This document shows, one piece after another, positions 44,939 to 58,503 of a stretch of 64,000 bases of DNA. The stretch lies in the NCBI GenBank assembly GCA_038496445.1, contig JALMLS010000204.1, forward strand, positions 1-64,000. The letters are read 5' to 3'. A program made the translations under genes and the position numbers. A model generated the notes under the pieces. The model was given only the letters and a program-made list of their open reading frames with translations, ran no database searches and had not been told where the DNA came from. Source of the DNA: Trichosphaerium sp. ATCC 40318. Lineage: Eukaryota; Protista; Tubulinea. Positions within the stretch are counted from its first letter, which is position 1. Each line of letters begins with the position of its first letter.

Positions 44939-45851
44939 TTATTGACTGTTGACATTTGTCTCTTGTTCCTCTGCGATTTGTTTTTCAGCAGCTGCTAGTT
45001 CTTCATTAACACCAAGACATGCAAGTGATTTCAAAAAGAAAGCCTGAAGAGGAAAACCCGTTAGACGAGAGGATACAGAACAGAAATAATACGTACTCTG
45101 CGTGAAGGCCATCCGTTCAATTGAGAGCAAGGTGTGTGACCACAGTTGATGATATCAGCAGTTGCTCTGTATCCATTCAAGGTACCATCACAGAATCTAC
45201 GTAGAGGATCAGTGCGCTGACTCGTGGGAACTTGAATTGTACCTGTTTAGGCTTCTTCCGGATAGATCTTGCCAAACACATGCAACAGTACCGAAACCGA
45301 TAGAAGCATGGCTAGATACGAGATCTGGGTAGTTTACAATATTGGAGCAGTTGCAACTTGCTTGACGTGCGCAAAATGCGTAGTTTCCTTTGAATGTGAG
45401 TTGAAGAGGACCACGTCCACAGTATGGAGCATCTAGAGTTTGCGTAAGCAAAAAAAACGAACATGTACGAAAGCTCGGCTCAAAACTCTTACCAGTAGCA
45501 GCGTTACATGGTCTTTGGGTCCAAAGTGTCAAACCAGCACTTTCAGTACCGATATTACCGAGAACAGCAGCCCATTGGCAAGCGTTAGTGAATACATTAC
45601 CACCTGCAAGAGCGATTTAGTAAACGAGGTGCGTTACTAAAAGGGAAATGGTTCTCAAACAAGAAAACCCGCAGTAGCGCTCATTTACCTGTATGTACAG
45701 TCATTGATTGAGCGTAAAGCTGAGCTTTAGCTGATGGAAGGTTTGAGTAAATGCACTCAAGCTCAGCAGCAGTAACAGCGTTCTTTGAGTAGCATTGAGA
45801 GAGCGCTACAGCAAAGAGAGCGCCGAGAAGAACAACAGTACGGAGTTGCAT
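44939..45851 (-). CDS. Secreted GH19 chitinase/lysozyme-like protein
   Basis: Signal peptide; AAVLGNIGTESAGL; YCGRGPLQLTFKGNY; YPDLVS; ADIINCG. Confidence 0.85.
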
Positions 45852-46182
45852 AGTGTCTAAAGAATAAAGCGGTTAGTACAGTACAACACTCCGGAGCATA
45901 TAAAGAGAGGACATACGTGTTGCAACAGTTTCTAAAAGTCTGGATTTGCGTTGACATTTTGTACCAATAACGATAAATAATTACGAATTTTGATCAAACA
46001 GTTTTCGTCTTTATCAACTAATAAAAAAAGATTGATGTTGTTTTTTCAAACCTACAGCTTGAATTGGGAGAATCTAATAAAGAACAAAAGGGAGACAACT
46101 TTTCATGTGAAGGGTTATTGAAATACTCAGTCAAGTTTTTTTAATGTATACATAATACAAGTTCAATTATCGCTATGTTATT

Positions 46183-48016
46183 CTAACAGAGTAAAACAAA
46201 AATCAAGGCAATAAAAAGACCTGCTGCTTTAGCTACGAATCCAGTTGAAGGAACAGTATCTACAGGAGCAGAAGGCATTGTGTGGCTATGCTCAGTAGGA
46301 GATTCTGTAGTCGTAGCAGCTGCGTGGACTTGAACACCAAATTGGGTAAAAATCATAGATTCGTGTTGTGTATCATCATCAAATTTGATTTGGGTGATAA
46401 GCATCCAGTTTCCAGAGAATGGGAAGTTAAAGTTGATTAACAACTTGGATCCCAAGTGTTTAGTCTCATCAAATCCCCCAATAGCATGATTATGCGCACA
46501 AGCATCATCAGAATGAGTGTCACCCTTGGGAAACACTGTTAGCTAAAAGACTTTTTTTTGATTTCTTTTTTTGGAAGAATCTCACGTACGTGATCTCTTT
46601 TGTGGTGACCAGTAGTGTCGTTATGAGAATCATGTGTGCTGTTATCTTGAGTACCATGGACATGATAAAAGTAGGATTTATCTCTATCTTCGTGAACGAA
46701 GACTTGGAAAAAAGATAAGTACTCGAACTCGTCGCGTAAGTAAAAAAAGGCTCAGCTTTCACGTACTAGCATGCATTGGCGCGTCCAAGTATGGTAGGAT
46801 GTTGGCTAGCTCTGAACCGTCTGGTTTGTAGAAGCTAAACGCAACTGATACACAATTCTCAGCGTGAACCATCTCTCCTCCGTTTACTTTAACGTCTACC
46901 TTATGACCACCAGGTAAAAGGTTATCAGCGAATGAAACGTGTTCTACGTATTGGTCTTCACCAACGAGTTCGTAGGTCTTGAAATGCTACGCGAGTAGTT
47001 AGATAGGTGTCCATTAACGAAAGATTTTTTATGATTTCGTACCCTCGATGTATCAAAGTTATCGATTACTGGAGTGCTTTGAGCAGGTCCAGTAACTTCA
47101 ATGGTAGTATAAACATCAATGACGCTATTGGGAGTAAGAACAGAACAGTAAAAACGGAGAAGGAAGGAGAAATTACGCACGTTTTGTTTCCATCAACTTC
47201 ATGTAAAAAGTCAATACCAACAATCCACTTGCCGCCAAGAGGGAAGGTAGTATTAATTAAATCTAACACGCTAGTCAGTATAAATAAAAAGTGATTTTAT
47301 CGCACATTTCTCTTCAGCGTTAGACGCGTGAATATCAGTGGTCCAATCCTACGAGCATTATTGTGAGCATTCGCTATCACACGCGTTTTATCTCTTCTTA
47401 CCTCCGGATGAGTATGTACTATGTGAGAGTAGTCGTGTGCAAGCAAGATAACATGGATAAACCTATTTTGAAGAAAGTTAGAGTCAAGATGTTGTATTTT
47501 ATACGGAATTCTTTTCAGAGCCTTACCTGTCGTGGATGAGATGTAATGTACTAGTATTTACGAATGAATCCAAGTGGGTTGGTTTTAGTTCCAATGTAAT
47601 CTCTTGGCTAGCAATGAACTAAAAATGATCATCAGCGTGTTTAAAATTCGAAAAAAAAGGTGTAGTAGCATAGTACAGGTGGTAGAGCAATTAGGGAGTT
47701 CTCTTTCCCGACCGAATTTCGAAATAAAAAAAAAGTAGTAATATCATTTTAGTTTAAACGCTTTAGTGGGGTACTACTCATAATGAGTAGCGTGTTTTCG
47801 AAAAAATCAGACGAATTGCGTGGTTACTCTTCGCAAATTTCGTTTTTTTTGTCTGAAAAAAAACAAAACACGTACTGCTCCACCGCCTTGTCTTGTTACT
47901 TCCAAGTCATATCCTTCAGTTGTAGAGTGAGGATCGCCATGATCTTGTGTGTACGCGTTAATACACGCAGCTATGATCAAGAAAAGCGCAAGTGTGGTCG
48001 TCAGTTGTAACATCAT
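46183..48016 (-). CDS. His-rich secreted/GPI-anchored protein with two YtkA-like putative metal-binding repeats
   Basis: Signal peptide; IHVILLAHDYSHIVHTHPE...FPLGGKWIVGIDF; LPYLDAPMHA...FYHVHG...FPFSGNWMLITQ; Ser/Thr stalk and hydrophobic C-terminus. Confidence 0.6.
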
Positions 48017-48929
48017 CGTTTTATGCTTGCTTTTGCTACACCAAATTAGGGAAACTTACGCAAATTTTGTTCCCAAACAACAAGCGTATTTTAGCGCTTT
48101 TGGAACGTACCGTGGCGATTTTGTAAAATAGCGTGGTTTTTAACAACAGTACGACGCGTCGATTTATATGTTTTGCCTGCAAGTGCCTTGTAGTGCTTTT
48201 GAGCAATGTTTTAGGGCTACCATTTTCTCCCCCTTTTTCCGGAGCTACCAGCAGCGTTTGAATTACCGCTATTGGTTTCCTTAGTATCCTCGAAACCATA
48301 TTTGTGACTTCCGCAACAATCCAACGTTATTACCAATATGGATTACTTGCGCTAGTAAGAACCGCCTGAGCAAAACCCAATTTTGTCCACTGAGTCTGAG
48401 TTTCTGTACTATTTTATGCTAGTGTGGCTTGTAATACCGCGAGAAGGTGTATTTTGGGGCGGGTGGTTGCTTTCGGCCTGGTTTATCGGTGTCGGGTGGA
48501 ATAGTCGGCTACTTCTTTCACAAAGTCTATTTAGCACGCACATTGAATATAAGTAGGGTAATAAGGGTATTGAAGAGGTAACCTGAACGAGCTTTAGCAA
48601 TGATTGTAGTGATCAAAAAAGGCTGTAACCAACAAGAATGAAGAATTACCTCGAGGTGTTGGCGTATTTGCTCGACTTCTGCTTGTGGGACTTAAACAAT
48701 TGCCCGAAAACTGCCTTAAGAGCCCGAATACGCCCGAAAGTTGTCAATACAAATTATTTCGACTTGCAACAAACTTAAAAAAATATGGCCCGCGTAAATA
48801 GCCTTTATTTACAAGAGTATAATACAAGTAACATGTGTTGTGTCTATTTGTCACTGAGTCACCCAAGGTAAGGTTACTGATAAAAGTACAATCTATGTCA
48901 CAAAAATTGGCGACTAAAAGCGCGCTTTC

Positions 48930-51226
48930 TTATGCATAGGTTTTCCAATGCTCAGTTTTGAGCCGTTTAGGCATTGGCATTTCAATACTAGAGTTTAAGA
49001 ATGCGCTGTAAGCGTACTCGTCATCAACAGGTGTAAAACATGGCGTATCTAAAAAACCAGTGCCAGCGAGTGGTTGTAGCACATGAGGTTGTAATACTTC
49101 ATGTATTGGGGCCTAGAGAAGGATTTAGTTTTTAAGTTAAAGGGAAGGGTAGCATCGTACCTCTAAAGGCATAATTGGCTCTGATTTGTAGAAGCTATCT
49201 TTTACCTCACCAGGTTCTGGATGTCTAAACGAAGTATTGTGTTGCATAAGACCACTGTACGAGTAAAATCCTCCAGATTGACCGTGACCATAGGAATAAT
49301 TACTGTTACTGCAAGTTTCTGATTCTGTTTGACTGGCTGTGCTATAGCTGTTGCTGTAGCTATCACCATTGTGATACCAACCATGTATATCAGTTGAATC
49401 TTCAGTTTCAACATAGCTCTCACAAAGGGACTCAACACAAGACTCTTCTTCCTATCGATAACGGTTAGAAACTATATTTGAAATGACCGAATTTACCTGA
49501 AAAGGAGTTGCAGATTCAACTCTTTCATTTTGCTTCTCTACAGTATTGTTGGAGCGCGGCGAAAGCATTTTGTTAGTTGCTGGCCAATAAGGTCGATTCA
49601 TGACGCAATTCGTAACAGGGACGTCATAACACTCAGTGCCGCTGCTACGGTCTGAATCCGCAGTCATAAAAATGCTGTTTCCTCGAGTAACCATACCATC
49701 CGTCGTAGGTGCGCAAGGAGAAGTCGTGCGGTCCAACTAAACGCACAATTGTTAGCTCAACCTAAAAAGTGACTGTGTACCAAAAAAAAAAGAAAGAAAG
49801 TTGTTAGTTGTAAAAGTTAACGCCTTACCTTCAAAGATACTACGCGCGCTTTTACTACGCGCATAGCGCCAAGAGAGGCTGCTTGTCTTGTAAGTTTTGG
49901 TTTTCCATTTCTACCCAAAGGAGGTGCTTCCCAACGCAGCTTTGGCCTTGGTTTGGTCTTTTTTCTCGTATTTGAAGTCTTTTCTGATATCGCCTTTTTG
50001 GTTTGTTTACTTTTGTCTTTCTGCAGTTGTACGCCACTCGAGCGCGTTTTATGCGTGCTGAACATATTTATATCGCAGTCTGGTGCTTGCGTAGAAGACT
50101 GTTTTTCGCTTTTAACCTTTACAGTTTCGTTGCTTTCTAAAAGGCGCTTTCTATCGGCATCAAGCTCTTGTTGTTTCTTAACTTGGCGTTTTAAAGTTGA
50201 GTTCCACCGATTCTTCACCGCGTTCGCAGGACTGAATATTATTTTAACACGAGGGGTTTTTGTGTTCGTTTTAGTATAACGTACCGGCCTGGTAGTGACT
50301 TTGAAATTTCAGACCACTTGCTTCCAAATTTGTCGTGAAGTTCGATTATAATTTCATCTTCTTTCTCAAGCCATTTGGCGTTTATAATTTCGGGGTCTAG
50401 ATGATTGTACCATCTTTCTCTACATTGCTTGCCGTTCCTTCCTAGGAAGACTGATTAGAATTCCGAAAATAAATTAGGCTTTTTAAACTGTCTTTTGTGC
50501 TCGTATCACAACGAAAGTTTGTCACAAGATGGATCATAATACATAGTATTACACAGACAACCGTCAGCGAATACTGATTGCTTGAAGCTGCGAAACTTTC
50601 TTTTTTTGTAATATCAATTACCTGATGCTATGTCCTTTGCAATCTTGCTCCAACTCTTGGTACCGTGTTTTTCCACTAATTTACGGACCATATCATCTTC
50701 CTAGTATACACGTGTTACACTGGCTTGGAAATTGGCTGAGCCGTACCAAAACAGTCCAACGACCTTTAACTAACGCTGGATTAGTAACGCGTTGCCATCT
50801 ATGCAGACATTGAACGTCTGTGCGGTCGGGTATGTATGACGCAATCAATTTCCAATTTTTCGGCCCGTATCGCTTTACTACACTACGAAGTACTTTATCC
50901 TAGCATTTGTTAGGAAAAAAATCGCTAAAACATGTTTTGTTTTTTGCATTGCACTAGAGAACGTGAAAAGTAGGAAAACAAATATTATCATGCAAACGAA
51001 GCTAGTTTATAGCACTATTGATGAATTAAAAGAATCAGCGCACCTCCGATTTTGTCCATCTCCCTTTTACGTTTCGCAGGTTGTGTACATAAGGGCCGAA
51101 CTCACCAGCATTAAAACTATGCTATTTGAGCTAAAGATCGCTATTCTACAAGAAATTTACATACCCTTTTTTATTGGTCTTTTGCTTGGTTTGCTTCTCT
51201 GATAGGCGCTTCGCCTTCCTCTTCAT
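48930..51226 (-). CDS. R1R2R3 (3R) Myb transcription factor
   Basis: KGRWTKSEDKVL...KNWKLIA...RTDVQCLHRW; LVKGRWT..ED...GRNGKQCRERWYNHLDP; ED..IIELHDKFGSKWSEISKSLPGR..NAVKNRWNSTLKR. Confidence 0.93.
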
Positions 51227-52011
51227 AGTATTAAAACTATTCAAATGTCAGCAAGATACAAATATCTCACTGAAGGTGAGGCAACCGCTTTTATTTATAA
51301 CCGTAAGATACTTAAAATACAAATTAAGTCCTAGCTCTTTGGGAATTGACTAGATCGGTTTGGTAGTAAGGCACAGGCTTAGTATTAGCGTTGCGAATAC
51401 GTGTAGTACATTTACAGACAATAATTATACGTTATTCGTTGTATATTTGATTAATTACGACCTGCGCCCGTACGTACGATGTGGAAGCGCTAATACGTCA
51501 TTGTGCATGTCACACTCTACAGTATCGCAGAAAAGGCTTCGTGCGCACTCAATAGTTACGTTCACAACCATAGTTCGCGAGTGTTGTAACCACTTTTTAT
51601 TTTTCTTCAAACGCTCCTAGTTTTTAAGGCTTTACGTACCAACCATCTCCGAAGTTTAAATTCACGCCTCCAGATACCCCCCAAGCGCGCTCCACTTCGA
51701 ACCTGGTTTAACGAGCTTGAGATTACATGTAGGCAAAATCTTTTTTACTAGCGATTCATTGCACATTCACCCACTCTGTCACAGATACTATAAATATTGA
51801 GTCGGGCCTTTTATGTTACATAAAGTTACTACCACGTGATTTTTAGGCGCATTGATGGACTCCGTACTTACAATATTACAAAGTACAATGATTCAGTTGT
51901 ATCTCAAATAGTTTATGCTTACCAGTTTCAGAGGCGTAGACGTGCACAAAAGAAACTATTATTTACTCTATTTATTATTTCTAACACTTTTTGTTGGATT
52001 CCCAAAATAAA

Positions 52012-53615
52012 TCAACCCCAGTTTCCGTATAATTTAACACCTAGAGCTTTTACTGCTTCACCAGTGATTCTAGTTCTTCTTATATCAACAGATTGAAGAC
52101 TTTTCAAACCAGAAATAGCATCATCTGTTAACTGAGAACAACCAGTAAGATAAAGAGTATTTATCCCTTCCAAAGATTTAACACCTTCATTCGTTATTTT
52201 TAAGCAATCTCCTAAATCCATGTACTCAACTCCTTTCACTGCTTTTAGACCTTCATCAGTGATATTAATACAACCTTCTACAAATATCCACTTTGCTCCA
52301 GCAATACCCTTGAGACCTCTATCAGTAATATTTACACAAAATGACATGAATATCTTCTCAACACCGCTCAAAGCAACAATGCCCTCGTCAGTCAGTTGAT
52401 TACATTTTGACATGTGTATCTCTCTTACACCTGCGAGTGCTTTGACACCTTCATCTGTAATCCTGGAGCACTTATCTAGATGTATTGACTCGATACCAGC
52501 AAGTGTTTGAAGCCAAGCGTCAGTGGCTGGCATTCCGTCAATACTAATGGTCTTGACATTTTTAAGAAATTTTATGCCTGTAAGCCCAACACTTGAAGAA
52601 TCAAGGTAAATTGATGTTACAGTACTACCAATATACTGCATAGCTTTAGATGTTACCAAATGACAATATTGGATCTTTAGAGATGAGACACCTTTTAGGT
52701 GTTCAATTCCTTTATCAGTTATATTTCTACATCTCGAAATAAAAATTGAATGAGCGCCTGCCAATGACTTCAATCCTTCATCTTGTATACTTTGATTATT
52801 GCATAGACTGATCTTATACAAATTATCACTACTAATACTCTTAAGACCAACATCAGTTATATCAGTAGAATCAGCAAAAAGAGTGTGAACTCCAACTAAG
52901 TGTTTGATTCCAGCATCAGTGATATCACATCCATTGATATTAACATGATGTGCTCCAGCAAATGCTGCTACAGCTTCATCTGTTATCTTTGTATAGCTAA
53001 CATCGACTTTATACACACCAGCAAGAGCTTGGTAACCCTTATCGGTGACAAGAGGACAAGAGTATATTTCAATAGTATGAATTCTTTTTGAAATAATAGA
53101 TATAATCTCATCTGTAATTGTTGGACATTTTTGGATGTTTATGTGATGTACGCCTTGTAGATTTATCAAATCTTTGATATCGCCGATGTATTTCTTTAGT
53201 TTTATTGGTGTATTCCTTAATAGCGATTTATGTTTGATAATAAACTTGAGATTGTTTCGGTTCGATACTCTGTATTTATGGAACCCTGTGTGCTCAAAAA
53301 TGACGTTACGCATCAGCCAACAAGTCTGAGATATTGGTATTCGCGTTGTAGGGATGAATGTACATATTAGAGCGATTAATTCTGTTGGTAAGCTGAAAAT
53401 ACTAATAAAGTGGCGTTAGCGATAGAAATTAGGTGTAAAGCGCAAGAAACAATGATTTATAGCAAGAACGTGGTTTGGCGGTTAAAACAATCGAAAAGTT
53501 TTAATTAGACACAAGGATAAGCGCAAACGCGTCGAAAGCGGGGTTTTTGAAACCGGTAGCGTTACAGACACAATACAAAAGAAAATACATCATACTCTTG
53601 CGTTTTGTCTCCCAT
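52012..53615 (-). CDS. F-box + LRR protein, paralogue of 3266-4750; first exon approximate
   Basis: IFSLPTELIALICTFI F-box upstream of the listed ORF; LAGV/ITDEG repeats in one long exon. Confidence 0.85.
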
Positions 53616-53871
53616 GGCGTCGGGAAGTTACATCAAATTGATAACCAAGCGTAACGAGGAGATATTAGACTAATATTAGCGAAACGTTTCGATTTGGAAG
53701 TCAATACCATTCTTGGCGACTAAGCCAATTAAAATAGCTGTCAGTGGCTTCGGCACGGTGTTCAACAAGTCTGAGTGTCCTTTGACGCATTGGTTGTACC
53801 GAGTTCCTGCAGGGATCACTTAAGGGGTTCGAAGGAACTAGCAGTACAAAACCGTTTATTAAATACCAACG

Positions 53872-56278
53872 ATGGGTGATAAAAGTGCTGAAGTAGCAAG
53901 GATAGCACAGAGATATGCAGCGTTTCAAAGAGAACAAAATGCTGCTCTCCAGGCTGACAAAAATGCTAGAATTCAGCAAAATCTAGTACAAGCTGATGCT
54001 GTTATCGCAGGGGAAGAAAAACAAAAACTAGACGCCAAACAAGCTGAAATTGACAAACTTCAACAAAATGGTACGTTAACCCTTTACTGACGCGTCAGCA
54101 AGTAAAATACTATTTTTTTCAAAATGACAAAAACAAAATAACGTGATTGTCTAGCCAACGCTGCTTGTGCTTCGCTTCAGTCTAAGTATTGGCAACACCA
54201 GTTGGACAAAAAGTTCTTCGACATGGACACCAAAGTCGAGATAGGTGCGGGCGCTTCAGCTACCGTCTACAAGGTATCATACAAGTCTCCTGGATGCCGC
54301 ACAATTCAAGTTGCCTTGAAGGTAATGACACACCATGTTTGTTAACAGAACCAAAAACGAAACGTTTTTTGCTTTTTTTTTTTAAATGTTTGGAGACATG
54401 ACACTGTTAGGTGTTTACGACTAGTAATGCTATTGGATCAACAGAAACTGTAGCGTACATGCAAGATGAAACGAAACTTTTATCAAAACTAGCGTAAGGC
54501 CTTACAACACAAAAACCGCTTCAAAAATCCAAGAGAAAAAAAACGTGTGCTAATTTTTTTTTACCCACAGCAAATGTCATCACGAAAATATTGTCACTTT
54601 TTATGGTCTCATATTTGATGGGATTAAACCTACGGCTATAGCGCTGGAATATGTAAATGGTACGTCGACAACACAAAGAAGAAAATTTCCGAAAGAAAAA
54701 AATACATTCAAATATTTTCTTCCTTTTGAACTTACAAGAACAGGGAGAGACTTGTATTATTATTTATACACTGACAAGAATTTTCGCTTTACTCTTGAAC
54801 AAAAGAACACTATCATAAGTAAGATTATTCAAGCGATGGCGTATGTTCATGAACACATTGGCGTAAGTGACTTGTTTTTTCAATATTAATAATTATTTCT
54901 TTAAGTCCTTTCTATTCATTTGTTATTTCTACTACTCCTCAGTTATTTAGTGTTAATATTTTTATAGATTATACACAGAGATATAAAATCAAGCAATATT
55001 ATGGTATTAAAACAACGCCTGTTTACAACAGAATCCAAAAAAACCCAACTCTGTTAATTGGTTTTTTTTTCATTAGATTATGCATGATGGTGATCACTAC
55101 GTCCCTAAGATAACTGACTTTGGCGTTGGTAAAGAATTATCAAATAACTTAGTATCATCGTTGGGTAGTGGAGGCGCAACAGTTACAGCAATGACATGTA
55201 ACCAGGGTACGTAATAAAGTAACATGTTTAACCTTCCAATCTTTTAATAAGCAAATCCTACTAACTGATACTAGGTACTCCATTGTGGATGGCACCAGAG
55301 GTGATGAGAGGTCAACCATACAACCAAAGTTGTGATGTTTATTCTTTTGGATTAGTCGTATACGAACTGGCTACTGGAAAGTTGCCTTGGCCAAAGACGA
55401 TAACCTTACTTGAGCTCAAAAATAACATATGCCGATTTAAAAAACGACCAATTATTCCAAAGGATTGCGACCCAAACCTCAAGCATCTCATGGAGATATG
55501 CTGGGCCGAGAACCAGGAGAAGAGACCATCTTTCATTGCTCTTGAGTCGCTAAGGATACAAAATGAAGACCATAAGCGCAGAGCAACGATGAAAGCAGTC
55601 AAACAAGCTGAAGAACTCGAGAAAACACTTGTACTGTCGAAGTACATGAGTTTTATGATACACCCTTGCTTTTGCTTATATATCATGTTTAGGTTGATTC
55701 ATGTAGCAACATGTGTGGAAGATACTTGTAATAACCCTTTCGTTGGTTACAAAACATCCGCAATGGTTCGCACAACGCTAGAGATAGCTTTAGACGATTT
55801 ACAGGCAATATCACGTGAGTACTTTTTGTATTTTTCGTTTTAGTTTTTGTGGACACGGGGAACCACTATGATTTGTCCATTTGCTTGATACTACCGAAAT
55901 CGTAAAGATATACATAATAAGTTGTTGAATCCTTGTTGTATGCAAGCACTCACACGTCAAAATCGTTTCACTATTCTTATTATTTTCTTATTTAGTACAA
56001 CTTAAAGACCTTTCTATGAAACGAGAAGAAGAGAGGGTAAAAACCCTCACAAACAAATCCATCTCAATGCTAGAAACACTTAAAAAAGTAGATACAATAG
56101 CAGAAATGTTTAGAATAGCTCCAGAGCGTGCTTTAAAAGACCTAAAGCTCTTGGATGGAAATCTTAATAACACAATTAGTTATTGCATAGATGTATACGG
56201 TAACAAGTAAAGACACTTGAGAGCCTTTCTTGTTAATTAAACTTCATCACATCTTTGATTCCTTTAGATGCAAAATAG
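53872..56278 (+). CDS. Tyrosine-kinase-like (TKL) protein kinase with N-terminal coiled coil and C-terminal UBA-like helices
   Basis: IGAGASATVYK, VALK, HENIVTFYG, HRDIKSSNI, KITDFG, GTPLWMAPE, DVYSFG, RPSF. Confidence 0.9.
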
Positions 56279-56689
56279 ACAGTTTGATACATTGTTCACT
56301 TACACAGTTAATAAACTAATTTCTCACTTTGCTAATTGGTCTTATGAACGGAGAGGTTTCTAAATTTAAGTCTTAAGGATCTCGGTAGTTTAATGAACAA
56401 GAAGTATTGTATTTATTTACACTATTTTATATACTCAGCAGATACAACAATACAATCGAACCTAGATAACATACTCAGCATACAATTGTTTAGCTGAAGA
56501 ACTAACACAAGACAGATGTACTAAGTATCTTACATTGCGATATTTCAATAGTTCACGTGGAATGTACCTATTAGAATCTACAAAGATTTGTTTTTTCGCT
56601 CGTGTTGGATTGAGTAATAAATTAATGACGAAAAGACAGGTTGTTGAGTTTTCAGCACGTTTTGAAAAAAAAGAAAGAAAACACGAGTC

Positions 56690-58503
56690 AGTGGCTACAA
56701 GTCACTCCTTGTTCACAAATGGTGGAAAAGACACGCTAGGCATGAGATATAAAATAGTACATTTTAACAGGCTTGTTCCTTGAATCTACAAGAAGTAAAC
56801 GATATCAACATCAAACCAATCCTTATTAAGTTAATATTCAAGTCACCCAAAATCTACTATCTAAGAGAGCAACGGTGAGTGAGAGTTTGTTTTCAATGGA
56901 AAAAAAGCTTTAAACTAACCATCTATTTCATATGTTTCTTCTTCCTCCTGAGTTTTATCATCCTCTTCAACTTGTTCTTCGTCAACATACTCTTCTTCAT
57001 ATCCTTCAGGATGATCCTTTTTATATTCTTCCATATGTGCCTCATACTCTTGAGTGTATTCTTGAGCGTATTCCTCAGCGTATTTATCAAGATAAGACAT
57101 GTATTCTTCCCAGTATTCTTCCATATACGCTTGAGCTACTTTTTCTCCATACTCCTCAGCGTAGTCTTTATAATGCATGTCATATTCCTCCTGATACTGT
57201 TGCCTGTATTCTTCAATATACTCTTCAATATACGCTTGAACGTATTCTCCATATTCCTTCTTTTTGCCATCTTCATCATAATCACCTGGGTCTTGGTACT
57301 CTCCTGTATATTCGTCTTCATAAATAACATCTTCTTCAAAATGTTCTACAACATCATCTTTCACGTGTTCTTGTTCTTCTGGTACGTTAACCTCCTACGA
57401 ATAAATTAAACGCGTTCACCGTTGAGTTAGCGCACTTGGTGGGTATTTGTATTCTCTACTTGAGGTACTACAGCTTCTTTCTCAACCGCGGAGTTCTTCC
57501 CTTCGCGCAGTTGAGCTGAAAATCGCTAAAAACGTCAATGATTTAGAGGATTATTGAAGGTTGATCTTACTTTAAATTTAGTTGGTCTGAACGGGTTAGC
57601 TTTACTCTCGCCAACAAGCCATCGCTTCCCTTCGAACAAACAATAAGTATTGAAGTAGAACAACATCAAAAGAGAAAAAAAGTTGTCACCTGTGTACACT
57701 TTCTTTACAAGCACTTTATTGCTCTTCGTAGCCTTTAGTACTTCTTGGTTATGTACCTAAGTACGTTTTAACACAAGTTAAAGTAAACAATAAAAACCTC
57801 TTGAAGAGTTTCCGCTGTGCCGTCTTTTATTTGTGCTATTTTAGCGTTAAAAATGCTAAAAATATGCTATACATCCACGTGCCTACGCTTCTTCGCTGGT
57901 AACTCTTTTTATTCCCTGGCTTGCCAAGAAGAGATCTCTTCTTTGTTTCTTAAGAGAACATTGTAAACAAAGAGGGAGGAAGGGACTGTTTTAGGTATTG
58001 TCTGTTTTTCGTACCAACAAATCTTCCCGTGTTTATAAACTGCTTCTTTTTAAGCTCAGCATGCTCTGTTATTGACAGCTTACGCAGTTCATCCAAGTTT
58101 ACGGAATCAACAGCTATATTTGCGCTTTTAACAGTATTTTCGTTCTAATCGTCGTTTAGTTAATCCTATCACGTGATATAATGCCCAAACGGTTTTACCG
58201 TGAAATCGGCTTCTGTTTCCCAATCGTCGTCCCCCTTCACAAAATTTAGTTCGATAATAACCTAATATAGTGCGTGTACATCTGCTTCAGGTGGTAAATC
58301 GTTGTAGAAAAGAGACATAAGCGCTGACAATCAAACCAGTACAAAACAAGAAGATCCAAAAAAAGTCTCCTGATTTCTTTTTTTGTTTCACCTTTGATTC
58401 GAACAATGTGACAAGTGTCAACACATATTGCAATGGAGAAACGAGTCGATTCGCATAGCCACAAAGAAACGCAACGAGATCAAATATGAATTTCCTGTCC
58501 ATT
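56690..58503 (-). CDS. Putative membrane-anchored protein with Glu/Tyr-rich repeat exon; boundaries approximate
   Basis: Hydrophobic segment FFWIFLFCTGLIVSAYVSFL, several short exons, and the exon 56920-57395 with xEEY tetrads. Confidence 0.5.

Noticed and set aside
51640-51830. GC-richer intergenic patch with GGTTCGAA and a GCCTTTTA string (tRNA or U5-like?)
   Set aside because: No convincing cloverleaf, U5 stem-loop or Sm site could be assembled.
56879-57409. Hydrophobic 176-aa plus-strand ORF
   Set aside because: It is the antisense of the Glu/Tyr-rich exon, which has flanking splice sites on the minus strand.
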